From: Clostridia bacterium
Lineage (GTDB): Bacteria; Bacillota; Clostridia; Christensenellales; Aristaeellaceae
Assembly: GCA_030536295.1 (NCBI GenBank)
Contig: JAUNQH010000005.1
Coordinates: 898 to 64,897 of the forward strand
Direction: 5' to 3'
Length of the DNA: 64,000 nucleotides
Below, piece after piece: positions 17,851 through 27,683 of this stretch. Both the position numbers and the translations under genes were made by a program. Position 1 is the first letter of the stretch. Each line of letters opens with the position of its first letter. The notes under the pieces are model-generated. The model was given only the letters and a program-made list of their open reading frames with translations, was not told the origin of the DNA and did no database searches.

Positions 17851-19263
17851 ATGAACGATATCCTGTTCTTTCTGCAGCACAACTGGTACTGGGTACTCAT
17901 CGGTATTGTCGTGTTCATTATTCTTGTCAAGTTCATTCCGAGGTATAAGATCGCGTCGCCCGATACGGCGCTGATCATTTCCGGCCTGCTCCGCCGGAAC
18001 TACAAGGTGCGCAATCCCGACGGAACCGTATCCTCAAAGAAATTCGGCTACCGCATCGTGCGCGGCGGCGCGACCTTCTGGATCCCCGCCATCGAGAAGA
18101 TCGATCAGCTGGATATGTGCCTGACGCAGGTGGACATCAAAACCGCGCAGCCCGTGCCGACCGCCGAGTATATCTCCGTGCTGGTGGACGCCGTGGCGAA
18201 CATCAAGATCGGTTCGGATGATCTTTCCATCGCTACCGCGGCCGAGCAGCTGCTGCATTATGACACCAACCAGATCAAGGCCCTGGCGAAGGATGTTCTG
18301 GAAGGCAATATGCGTGAGATCATCGGCCAGATGACCATTGCCGAACTGGTGCAGAACCGTGATAAGTTCGCCCAGGAATCCATCAAGGCCGCTATGACGG
18401 ACATGAGCAACATGGGTCTGGAGATCATCAACCTCACGATCCAGAACTTCTCCGATAAGGACGGAAACGTGATCGACACCATGGCTGCCAGAAACGTGGC
18501 CGAAAAGGAACAGGACAAGCGTGTCGCGGAGGCGGCAGCGGAAAAACAGGCCCGCTTTGCCGAAATGGAAGCGGAAAAGGAGATCGCCCGTCAGCAGCGT
18601 GACCTTGAAGTGCAGAAGGCTGCCTTCAAGCAGGAGACCGACGAAGCGAAGGCCAAGGCCGACAAGGCATATGAGATCGAGCAGGAACGCATCCGCAAGA
18701 CCTATGAAGAGGAACACGCCACGGCTGAACTGACCCGCCTGGAGAAGGAGACCGAGCTGAAGCGCCAGCAGGTCGAGATCGAACGTGAAAAGCTGAACGT
18801 GGAGATCCGTGAAAAGGCGCAGGCGAACAGGGACCGCGAGATGGCCGAGGCTGACGCGCGCAAGTATCGCGCCCAGGCGGAAGCCGATGCTGCTTTGTAC
18901 GCCGCGCAGAAAGAAGCCGAGGCGATCCGCATGAAGGGCGAAGCGGAAGCCGACGCCATGCGCATGAAGGCGGAAGCCATGCAGCTGTACGGACAGGCCG
19001 CGATGATGGAAATGGTCGTTGACAAACTGCCTGATATGGCCAAGGCTGTTGCCGAGCCGCTGAGCAAGACTGACAAGATCATCCTCTTCGGCGAGGGCGG
19101 AGCCACCTCCATGGCGAAGGATACCGCCGGCACCATGCTGCAGACATTTGAAGCCGTGAAGCAGGCTGTCGGACTGGATATTCCGCAGGCGATCCGCAAT
19201 GTGACCACCGGTGGCCTTGTGGGCAAGGCAGATGGCGGAGCCGCGGAAACAACGGAAAAGTAA
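17851..19263 (+). CDS. flotillin / SPFH domain protein (FloT-like)
   Basis: N-terminal TM; SPFH (VLEGNMREIIGQMT..NRDKF); AEA-rich coiled coil; LPDMAKAVAEPL. Confidence 0.92.
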   Translation: MNDILFFLQHNWYWVLIGIVVFIILVKFIPRYKIASPDTALIISGLLRRNYKVRNPDGTVSSKKFGYRIVRGGATFWIPAIEKIDQLDMCLTQVDIKTAQPVPTAEYISVLVDAVANIKIGSDDLSIATAAEQLLHYDTNQIKALAKDVLEGNMREIIGQMTIAELVQNRDKFAQESIKAAMTDMSNMGLEIINLTIQNFSDKDGNVIDTMAARNVAEKEQDKRVAEAAAEKQARFAEMEAEKEIARQQRDLEVQKAAFKQETDEAKAKADKAYEIEQERIRKTYEEEHATAELTRLEKETELKRQQVEIEREKLNVEIREKAQANRDREMAEADARKYRAQAEADAALYAAQKEAEAIRMKGEAEADAMRMKAEAMQLYGQAAMMEMVVDKLPDMAKAVAEPLSKTDKIILFGEGGATSMAKDTAGTMLQTFEAVKQAVGLDIPQAIRNVTTGGLVGKADGGAAETTEK

Positions 19264-19284
19264 ACCGAAGAATACAGCTGTCAG

Positions 19285-19318
19285 GGGCGTCCGGATCAGA
19301 AGCCGGACGCCCTCTTTA
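19285..19318 (+). terminator. rho-independent terminator
   Basis: gggcgtccgg...ccggacgccc-tcttt. Confidence 0.7.
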
Positions 19319-19463
19319 TCGGCGGTTCGGGTGTCTTCGCGAAGTGGGTGTGTTTCTTTTGCCTTGACGATATATGCCGGACGGCATTAAGATATACAAA
19401 AGGACGGACAAAATGCAGAAAGCAGGCGTATATGATGCGAATTGGCGGAAATGAGGGGAGAAG

Positions 19464-20375
19464 ATGCTGACACGGGTACTCGAGACCGCGCTGCCGGTCT
19501 TTATCGCCCTGTTCCTGGGTATCCTCTGCCGGAAGAAACAGATGCTGACCCGGAGCGGGGTGGATGCCCTGAAGAAGGTTGCCGTGGATATCGCCCTGCC
19601 GGCGGAGATCCTGATGGCTTTTGCCGGAACGCAGTATTCCATCGGGGGTATGCGGATCCCGGTGATGATGTTCGCGGTGTGTCTGGCGGCACTGTTCCTG
19701 GGACGGCTCCTGCGGAAGGCGCTTCGGATCAGAAGCACCCGGATGCCGTATCTGATGACCGGCTTCGAAGCGGGCATGATGGGCTACGGCCTGTATGCCC
19801 TGCTGCATCCGGACGGAATGGCGGATTTCGCCATTCTGGATCTGGGGCAGGTCCTGTTTGTGTTCACGGTCTTCAAGCTCAGCATTTCCGGAAAAGGGAA
19901 GGGGACGCAGATCTTCCGGGAGGCATTCTCTTCTCCTGTGCTCTGGGCGATCATCATCGGGGTGATCCTGGGGGCGACCGGGATCTATGAGGCGCTGAAG
20001 CCCAGCGGGGTCTCGGCCGTTCTCGAATCGGTCACGGACTTCATTGCTGCGCCCGCGGGATGCCTGATCCTGCTGACTGTGGGCTATGATCTGGAACTGA
20101 AGGGCATTCACTGGAGCAGGGTGCTGACCTATACCGGATCGCGGATCCTGATCATGGGCGCGCTGGGCGGCCTTGTCTGGCTGCTGAACACGACGGTCCT
20201 CGGCGGCGCGATCCGGCCCGGTGCACTGATCCTGATGATGAGCCTGCCGGCGCCTTTCCTGATCCCCGTGTTTGCGGATGTGGAAGAGGAAAAGTCCGAC
20301 ATCGCGTCCACACTGTCGGTCATGACGCTGTTCTGCCTCGCGGTGTTTGCCGTGCTTGCGGCGGCCGGACTGTAA
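19464..20375 (+). CDS. AEC (auxin efflux carrier) family transporter
   Basis: About 10 TMs; ALPA, GMMGYGL, SPVLWAII motifs. Confidence 0.8.
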   Translation: MLTRVLETALPVFIALFLGILCRKKQMLTRSGVDALKKVAVDIALPAEILMAFAGTQYSIGGMRIPVMMFAVCLAALFLGRLLRKALRIRSTRMPYLMTGFEAGMMGYGLYALLHPDGMADFAILDLGQVLFVFTVFKLSISGKGKGTQIFREAFSSPVLWAIIIGVILGATGIYEALKPSGVSAVLESVTDFIAAPAGCLILLTVGYDLELKGIHWSRVLTYTGSRILIMGALGGLVWLLNTTVLGGAIRPGALILMMSLPAPFLIPVFADVEEEKSDIASTLSVMTLFCLAVFAVLAAAGL

Positions 20376-20465
20376 CAAACAAAAAAAGCATACCGTCAGC
20401 TGAACCGGCGGTATGCGGGGTCTCTCGAGCTATGGAGCGAACGCGGGTCTGTAAGCGTTCGCTTT

Positions 20466-20981
20466 TTATATGAGTTTCCGGATGCGTTTTTTCAGCGCGA
20501 GGCTGATCGGTATGCCGATCGCCAGCATGACGAAGGAATCCAGGATCCACGCGGCCAGTGCGGTCGGGATCTTCGCGGCCGGCATCAGACCGTAGAGAAT
20601 GCAGTCGATCACGGTTTTGACCGAGACGCCTGCCAGCATGGACAGGATGATGACCGCGGCGGCTTTCAGCCAGAACTGCGCCGGCGGGGTATACGGCGTT
20701 CTGACGAGCACACGGCCGCAGGCAAAACCGACGATCGCGTTCATCAGGATCCATCCGAAGGCAATTCCGCGCTGGCTCATCAGCATGCTTTCGATCAGCA
20801 CGCCGCCCGCACCGATAAACGCGGCCGGGAGCGCGCCCAGATACACCGCGCCCACCGCAAGGGCGATATAGCCGAGATCCAGCTTGATATTTCCCGCCAC
20901 CGGGATCTTCAGCAAAGCCGAAAGTACGAAATAAAGCGCGGTAAGCATCCCGATGACTGCGATCTTCCTGGTCTTCTTCAT
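20466..20981 (-). CDS. ECF transporter S-component (solitary)
   Basis: 171 aa, 6 TMs, KKTRKIAVIGMLTAL...IKLDLG. Confidence 0.85.
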   Translation of the reverse strand: MKKTRKIAVIGMLTALYFVLSALLKIPVAGNIKLDLGYIALAVGAVYLGALPAAFIGAGGVLIESMLMSQRGIAFGWILMNAIVGFACGRVLVRTPYTPPAQFWLKAAAVIILSMLAGVSVKTVIDCILYGLMPAAKIPTALAAWILDSFVMLAIGIPISLALKKRIRKLI

Positions 20982-21167
20982 AATCTCTCCTCACTGCCGG
21001 ACGACCGGCGCCATGCATACAGTACTATCAGAAAACGGTAGGTATTGTCAAGCCTGAGAAACGGATAACCCGCGGATGAACCGGTTTCGCCGGACGTGAC
21101 GGCGCCGGTTGAAATCGCGCCCCTGCAAAAGTATACTATCCGCTGAGAAAAAACGGGAGGCGACAGG

Positions 21168-21506
21168 ATGGACTGGCATATGCGAAAGGCTGAAAAAGAA
21201 GAAGCAGGCCGGATCAACGAGCTGTTTATTGAGATGCTGCGGTCTATCTGTCACACGGATCAGGTGACCGGATATTCCGGAAACGAGCTGGACCGTTTCT
21301 TTAACGGAGGCGAGGAATGGATCTGCGCCGCGGAAGCTGAGAACAGGATCATCGGATTCCTGTCCATCGAGGTCCATCGTGAAGCACTGTCATATCTCTA
21401 TCTGGATGACCTCTCCGTATCCGCGGAATACCGGAACCGCGGCATCGGCACCGCGCTGATCGGGAAAGCCGAGGCCTACGCGGAAGAAAGATCGTTTTAT
21501 CATTGA
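21168..21506 (+). CDS. GNAT acetyltransferase, possibly C-terminally truncated
   Basis: YLDDLSVSAEYRNRGIGTALI; ends at 112 aa before motif B; upstream TTGAAA-17-TATACT and ggagg. Confidence 0.7.
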   Translation: MDWHMRKAEKEEAGRINELFIEMLRSICHTDQVTGYSGNELDRFFNGGEEWICAAEAENRIIGFLSIEVHREALSYLYLDDLSVSAEYRNRGIGTALIGKAEAYAEERSFYH

Positions 21507-21634
21507 AAGCGCATTGAAATGAACGGTCCTGTAAGCATATCAACGGAGAAGATGAACCGGAGGCCAGTCGCGGGACCTCCGGTATTTTTATGCATTTATC
21601 GGGTCCGGATCGCGGCAAAGGAAAACGGATCTTG

Positions 21635-22744
21635 TCAGTGATCACGGAGAAAACTGCCAAGATCAACAGAGATCCAGTCACATGCTCCGGAGATCTTCAG
21701 GGAAAGGAACATTGTTTCCGGCTCGACAACGATCTGATAGACTGTCAGTTCATCGGTGGCGCCGCCGTTTTCCAGTGTCAGATCCAGCAGTTCCTTCATC
21801 CGGACGGCATCGATCCGGCCTTTATTCGTTTCCGCAAGCTTCAGAAGATGAGCGCGGCGGGTCACGGAATTCCAGCTGTGAAGATCATCGGGTATCGGGC
21901 CGGGCCAATCCGGATGCACATAATGATTGGTGGAAACAAGTAATCCGTCCGGTGTGAACTGATCCGCACGCTTCACGCCGGTCTGGGACCATTCGTACGA
22001 ACGGGCTTCCGCGGCATCGGCGACATTGATGATGTACGAATCATCGCACAGGGTGGTGCGGAAGAATTTTTCCGCAAGATCCAGTGAATCCGCCCGGAAA
22101 AGAAGCTCGAATAAACCGGTCGTGCCGCATACACGGCAGGGATCCGCGGGCTGACCGGTGGAGGGCGTCCCGTTGTTCAGTTCAAGAAACAGACCGGCCT
22201 CATTGAAACCGTTGACCGCATAGATCTCGCCCGCGTACCCTGTGATCGCGGCGGAAAGAGAGCCGTCGGCGGGATGAAAAACGGTCGTGATCACATCCCG
22301 GTTCAGCCGGAGAAAGGAATCTCCGTAATCATAATTCCGCCCGAAGATCAGCTTGTCTGCGGCATAATCCTTCCATACGGCCATGGCGCTGCAGGCGGGA
22401 AGACCGGCGATGTATTCGACCGCGTCAGCCGAACAGAGCTGTTCAACGGAAAGACCGGAGGTCTCGGAAACGCCCGCAAGGAAGGAACGGAGTGAATAGG
22501 GCATCTGACCGGCAAGCATGTTCCGGATCTTTTCGGCGTTCCTCCTTTTATCCGGAGCCGCGGAAATGATCTCTTCCACAAAAGAGACAATGTCCAGAAG
22601 CTCAGGGCGAAGCAGATGACCGTACTGGCGGCCCATTTCCTTCCAGGTGCCATGAAGATCCAGCACGCGGACCGGACCGGTGCCGGTGCGGCATCCGTTT
22701 TCAAACCGGATGCTCTGATCGGAGCGCCTGATAACGTGATCCAT
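21635..22744 (-). CDS. C45 family autoproteolytic acyltransferase/hydrolase (Ntn)
   Basis: LHGTWKEMGRQYG, ACSAMAVW, FGRNYD, NGFNEAGL, STNHY. Confidence 0.85.
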   Translation of the reverse strand: MDHVIRRSDQSIRFENGCRTGTGPVRVLDLHGTWKEMGRQYGHLLRPELLDIVSFVEEIISAAPDKRRNAEKIRNMLAGQMPYSLRSFLAGVSETSGLSVEQLCSADAVEYIAGLPACSAMAVWKDYAADKLIFGRNYDYGDSFLRLNRDVITTVFHPADGSLSAAITGYAGEIYAVNGFNEAGLFLELNNGTPSTGQPADPCRVCGTTGLFELLFRADSLDLAEKFFRTTLCDDSYIINVADAAEARSYEWSQTGVKRADQFTPDGLLVSTNHYVHPDWPGPIPDDLHSWNSVTRRAHLLKLAETNKGRIDAVRMKELLDLTLENGGATDELTVYQIVVEPETMFLSLKISGACDWISVDLGSFLRDH

Positions 22745-23141
22745 GAGATCAGCTTCTTTCGTATAGGATGATCCGGCGCAGATCAATGTCATTGCATGAT
22801 CCGGCGTGATCATTATACACGAATATCCGCCGGACGGGAATCCGAACAGGACGGTATTCGTGCTTCTGAAAAGATATCGATCGTTTATGACCAATGCTTT
22901 TTGTTTATAAAGAATTTTCGATGCGAAATAATGGAATATATGCTTGCTATGTGGGGGTGAGAATATTATCATAAAAAACGCAGGAAATACCGGAATTAGA
23001 TGTATCCGCTTTGTGATCTGACTTTCATGCCTGAAGATCTGCCGGGAATAACAGATCGATGTATCTGTCGGTATCATTATCGGCAGTATATTTGTGATGT
23101 GAGGTTTCAGATGAGGGAAACAAAACAGGAGAGATCTGTGT

Positions 23142-23924
23142 ATGGATTATGAGGTTATCGATTTTCACACGCATCCATTTTGGGAACCTTCTCAGAATAT
23201 CTGTCATCACAAAGAGGCATGTAATATGTCAGCCGGAAATACAAGGGTTCTCATGGAAAACCTGGGGATAACAAAAATCTGTGGGTCTGTACTGCGTCCG
23301 GGACAGAAAAATGTGCCGGTAAAGTGGAATATGATCCGGCAGTTGAATGATGACGCGCTCCGGCTTCAGAAAATATATGGTGACTTTTATGTGCCCGGCT
23401 TTCATGTTCATCCTCATTTTGTTAAAGAATCATGTGAGGAAATTGAACGTATGGCCGGGTTGGGTATTAAGCTGATTGGTGAATTGTGTCCATATATGCA
23501 TGGGAACTGGTCCTATGATGAAAGTGGATTTGATACAATTCTGGAATGCGCGGAAGCACACGGAATGGTTATCAGCTTTCATGGTATGTTTGAAGATGCC
23601 ATGGATAATATGGTTAAGCGTCACCCGAACACTGTTTTGATCTCTGCTCATCCGGGAGAGTACAAAGAATTCATGCGCAACATGAAACGTATGGCATGGA
23701 GCAAAAACTTCTATATGGATGTATCCGGGTATGGGATTTTCCGCTATGGGATGCTGCGGTACGCCATAGACCGATATGGAGCAGAAAGATTTATCTTTGG
23801 AAGCGATTATCCGACTTGTAATCCGGCTATGTATCTGGGCGGGGTAATGATGGATCCGCTTCTTGCCGAAGATGAGAAAAAGGCGATATTATCAGGCAAT
23901 ATAAAACGAATACTGAACATTTGA
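23142..23924 (+). CDS. amidohydrolase family protein (Amidohydro_2 TIM barrel)
   Basis: IDFHTH, IGEL, AHPG, FIFGSDYP. Confidence 0.88.
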   Translation: MDYEVIDFHTHPFWEPSQNICHHKEACNMSAGNTRVLMENLGITKICGSVLRPGQKNVPVKWNMIRQLNDDALRLQKIYGDFYVPGFHVHPHFVKESCEEIERMAGLGIKLIGELCPYMHGNWSYDESGFDTILECAEAHGMVISFHGMFEDAMDNMVKRHPNTVLISAHPGEYKEFMRNMKRMAWSKNFYMDVSGYGIFRYGMLRYAIDRYGAERFIFGSDYPTCNPAMYLGGVMMDPLLAEDEKKAILSGNIKRILNI

Positions 23925-23988
23925 ATGGCAAGCCGCAATATGAAAGATCGCTGACCTGCCTTTATTGAAAGTAACTTAGAAATCGATA

Positions 23989-24741
23989 CTAAAGGAAGAA
24001 ATAGCTTGAAAACGAATCATCATTGATCGGGTGTCGATCAACCCGGAAACATTTTTCAATGGCTTTTTCTTTCAGACAATCAGCTTTGCTACCCGCGAAA
24101 CCTAAAGTACCTTTATCCAATATAATAAAATAATCGCCCAAACGGATCGCTTCTTCAAGATCGTGAAGGACCAATATGAACGTGGCACCCTCATTGCTTG
24201 CTCTGACTATGGAAGCAGCCGTTTCATTGCGCACGTTTACATCGAGCGCCTCCATAGGTTCATCGAGGATGGTGATGGGGGTGTTTCGGGATAAGATCAT
24301 TTTGAGAAAAGCCAGTCTCTGTTCACCGCCGGAAAGAGTGCGCACGATTTGATTTGCTTTGTCCGCCAGACCGGATGTGATAACTGCTCTTTCCAGAAAA
24401 TCCTTTTCTTTCACTTTTGACAGATTGCTGTGTGCGCATTTTGATTGTAAGCCGGTTTTGAAAAGATCGTATACGGATAAAGACGTTTGCGGCAAAATCT
24501 GCGGCAGAACGGAAATGTGCAATGAATGTTCCTGCATATTCATACCGGATAATGGAACACCATTAAGGGCAATAACACCGTCATACTTCTGGAGCTGGTT
24601 GATACAACGGATCAATGTTGATTTTCCGCTCCCGTTTTTCCCGAGAATCACAGTGATCTTGTGCTCAGGGACACTGAAAGAAATGTCGTCGAGTATCTTT
24701 TTTTTGTTTACAGTTGAAGAAACATGACGGAATTCAAGCAT
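23989..24741 (-). CDS. ABC ATP-binding protein (FecE/BtuD class)
   Basis: GKNGSGKST, LSGGE, LDEP, LHDL. Confidence 0.9.
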   Translation of the reverse strand: MLEFRHVSSTVNKKKILDDISFSVPEHKITVILGKNGSGKSTLIRCINQLQKYDGVIALNGVPLSGMNMQEHSLHISVLPQILPQTSLSVYDLFKTGLQSKCAHSNLSKVKEKDFLERAVITSGLADKANQIVRTLSGGEQRLAFLKMILSRNTPITILDEPMEALDVNVRNETAASIVRASNEGATFILVLHDLEEAIRLGDYFIILDKGTLGFAGSKADCLKEKAIEKCFRVDRHPINDDSFSSYFFL

Positions 24742-25720
24742 TGCTGTTTCTCCTTTGCAGCAGAAAAACGAAAAACACAGGGGAGGCAATAAGCGCAATG
24801 ATCATGCCGGTCGGTAATTCGCCAGGCAAAAACAATACGCGGCTGAGCAGGTCAGAAAGCATAACAAACAGGGAACTGAGCAACGCAGAAGTGACGATTG
24901 AATTCCCGGAACCGGAACCGGTAAGCTTTGCGGCAATCAAAGGAACAACAAGCCCGACGAAGCCGATCAATCCGGCATAACTGACAACGGAACCGCTTGA
25001 AATACAAGCAAGAACGGCAATCAATATCCTGAACCGTTTGACATTCAGTCCCAGTGATGAGGCCAACATGTCGCCCAATGTGTATTTATCAAGATCTCTG
25101 CTGATCAGGACCGATGCTGTAAAACAAAAAAGGATAAGGAGTCCGGGAATGATCAGCTGCTTTAGTTGAACTCCGGAAATATTACCTACGGAAAACGCCA
25201 GATAATCGCTTAATATATCTGAATTCAAGGTATACAGGACTGAAATCAGCGCCTGGGTAAAAGTTGAAAAAGCAATGCCGACCAGAATAATACCATGTTT
25301 TCCTTCGGCGATACGCATGGATAAGGATAAAACAAAAACGACAGCGACCAAAGAACCGAGAAACGCAAACGGCGCCAGCAGAATATCCGTTGCCTGAAAG
25401 AATATCAGGGATATGATAACGCCGAGGCCCGCCCCTGAATTAATACCGATAATATTTGGCCCGGCCAGGTCATTATTCACCAGGATCTTAAGCAGGACAC
25501 CAGATGTGGATAAACCGATCCCTGCCAGTATACTGCCGATCACGCGGGGTAAACGGACCGATAACAGAATGGTACGGTCGGCAAGGCTGATCTGCTGCCC
25601 GAGGATCATTCTGAAAAACGGCGACAGTGAAAAGAATGCCCCTCCCGAAGCAAGGGAGAGAAGAATGAGAATAACATTCAATATTACCAGTACTGTTCTG
25701 ATTATGATTTTACGGTTCAT
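24734..25720 (-). CDS. FecCD/BtuC family ABC permease
   Basis: VRLPRV, NDLAGPNIIGINSGA, GLIGFVGLVVP, GELPTG. Confidence 0.9.
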   Translation of the reverse strand: MNRKIIIRTVLVILNVILILLSLASGGAFFSLSPFFRMILGQQISLADRTILLSVRLPRVIGSILAGIGLSTSGVLLKILVNNDLAGPNIIGINSGAGLGVIISLIFFQATDILLAPFAFLGSLVAVVFVLSLSMRIAEGKHGIILVGIAFSTFTQALISVLYTLNSDILSDYLAFSVGNISGVQLKQLIIPGLLILFCFTASVLISRDLDKYTLGDMLASSLGLNVKRFRILIAVLACISSGSVVSYAGLIGFVGLVVPLIAAKLTGSGSGNSIVTSALLSSLFVMLSDLLSRVLFLPGELPTGMIIALIASPVFFVFLLQRRNSNA

Positions 25721-26636
25721 TTTCAGCAATGCCTTTCATGAGCACGGCACAAAGTTCTTTATATGCCGCTGCCCATCTGGAATTCGGTTTGAAGTGAAAA
25801 AGCTCACGATCCAATATCGATACCTGTCCGGATCTGACAGCATGCAATTCGCACCAGACCGGCAGACTGAAAAAACGGCTGATATTGATCAAACCGGCCG
25901 ACTCATCGCCCATCAATGAAACGAAGATATAATCGGGCTCACTGTAAAGCAAAAATTCAGAGTTTATATTTCCGCCTGAAGAACTGCACTGGTCATAAAT
26001 GTTGACTAATCCGAAATCATTCAGCATTGAACAGACAAAGTGTTCCGCGCTTGTTTTGGCCTTTACCGAATCGCTTGTGGAAGCAGCCCGCAGAAAGAGA
26101 TAGGTTTTTCCGGCGAAGTTATGGTCAGCCAGCAGTGCATTGATCTCCTCCCGGACGGAGATACCGTATGTTATATAAGGCAGATCATTGTGCAATATAT
26201 CGCAAAAGATTTTCAGAACCTCAAGATAATCGTCAAAACATTCAACATGAAACAAAGCAGTCGGAATCCCGGCTTCCTGACAGATCCCCGCCAGTTTTCT
26301 GTGGGAAGCGATATCGGCAGAGCCGATAATGAAATCCGGTTCAGAGGCGAGCAGCATTTCAAGATTGATCTGTTTGCCTGCATCCGGATCCACCAGTAAA
26401 ACATCGTTGCCGGTGATGCCTCTGTTTACAGTTTCACCAATCGTTATGGCAATATTACCGCCGGCAACGGCCCACAGGTCCGCCAGCGAAGAAAACAGTA
26501 CGGCTGTGCGCTGCGGTGTATATGAGAGCTTGATGTGATTCCCCGTACTGTCGATGAATCCATAACTGCTTTCTGCATAAACTGACGGAAGCAAACATAT
26601 AAGTATCAATATGATGATTGTCAGTTTCCTTTTCAT
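25710..26636 (-). CDS. iron-chelate/cobalamin ABC substrate-binding protein
   Basis: Signal peptide; DSTG...PQRTAVL, NLEMLLASEPDFI, ELHAVRSGQV. Confidence 0.85.
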   Translation of the reverse strand: MKRKLTIIILILICLLPSVYAESSYGFIDSTGNHIKLSYTPQRTAVLFSSLADLWAVAGGNIAITIGETVNRGITGNDVLLVDPDAGKQINLEMLLASEPDFIIGSADIASHRKLAGICQEAGIPTALFHVECFDDYLEVLKIFCDILHNDLPYITYGISVREEINALLADHNFAGKTYLFLRAASTSDSVKAKTSAEHFVCSMLNDFGLVNIYDQCSSSGGNINSEFLLYSEPDYIFVSLMGDESAGLINISRFFSLPVWCELHAVRSGQVSILDRELFHFKPNSRWAAAYKELCAVLMKGIAENEP

Positions 26637-27559
26637 TACTCTTTTTCCATGATGGGTTGTTCAAGAATCTCTGCTTTCCGCAGGAGCAGACTGTCGTCAG
26701 AAATATCCTGTATAAACTTCTCTATGCCGATCCGTTCCAGCGTCAAAGCAAACCGCTCCTTTTTAAGTCCGTTGGCTTTATACCAGAGGACCGCTTTTTC
26801 AGCAAAAGCAGGGATATCTTCCGGCTGGATCAGGCAGGGCAGCAGTGTGCCGATCCGCCATGAACGTCCCCAGGTTCCGCCTGCATATACACGGACTTTG
26901 CTTTGAGAATGCAGTGCCTGCCCACGGCAGTTCTGGGCGCACATGCCGCAGTTGATACAAAGTTCCGTATTCAGCGACACTATCCCTTTTACGCGGTTCA
27001 GAGCACCTGTATGACAGGCTCCGGCCGCAAAACATTCACTGCAATTCAAACACCCGGAGTTTTTAAACTCCACGGACTTGCAACCTTCAAAACCGAGGTC
27101 ATTGATGCTCGGCTTCACGCAACTGTTACGGCAGCCGCCGACCGCAATCTTGAATTTATGCGGAAGCGTGATCTGATGGTAGCCGATATAAAGACGTTCA
27201 TGCAGGCGGGCAGCAATGTCCTGCGTATCTATGTTCCCAAAGGAACAAACGGTTCCCTTGCACGCGACAACAGGACGTACGGTCGGACCTGTACCTCCGA
27301 CCAGAAGGCCTTCTTTCTGCAGCTCTTGCTCAACACTGTCAAGCTGCGAAAACGGAATGCCCGGGATCTCCGCGGATTGCCTGCTTGTAAATGTTACTTT
27401 TCCTGCGGCGAATTTTTCCGCGCAGTATGCTATGCAATGCAGCTGGGTGGATGTAAAGACACCGCCGGCAGTAACGATACGGGCAGAAAACTGATCGTCG
27501 TACCGGTTTTTCAGAAAACCGCGCTGTTTTGCGCCGGCGATTTCTTCGGAAGCAGCCAT
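26636..27559 (-). CDS. nitrite/sulfite reductase-family protein with inserted ferredoxin domain (AsrC/Dsr-like)
   Basis: FTSRQ, VRPVVACKGTVC, LPHKFKIAVGGCRNSC (sirohaem-[4Fe-4S] Cys), CINCGMCAQNC, KERF. Confidence 0.85.
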   Translation of the reverse strand: MAASEEIAGAKQRGFLKNRYDDQFSARIVTAGGVFTSTQLHCIAYCAEKFAAGKVTFTSRQSAEIPGIPFSQLDSVEQELQKEGLLVGGTGPTVRPVVACKGTVCSFGNIDTQDIAARLHERLYIGYHQITLPHKFKIAVGGCRNSCVKPSINDLGFEGCKSVEFKNSGCLNCSECFAAGACHTGALNRVKGIVSLNTELCINCGMCAQNCRGQALHSQSKVRVYAGGTWGRSWRIGTLLPCLIQPEDIPAFAEKAVLWYKANGLKKERFALTLERIGIEKFIQDISDDSLLLRKAEILEQPIMEKE

Positions 27560-27683
27560 AAGTAATAATCCTCTTTTCTTCTGATGATTGCGAAGTGATA
27601 CTCAGGAATGACGAATCATCGGTGTTGCCATGATCGATGCACAGATTGACGGTATACGCTGTATGGGAAAACGATAACAGGAA

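Noticed and set aside
27560-27683. Cobalamin riboswitch upstream of the reductase-FecCD operon
   Set aside because: Region is short and no B12-box motifs were found
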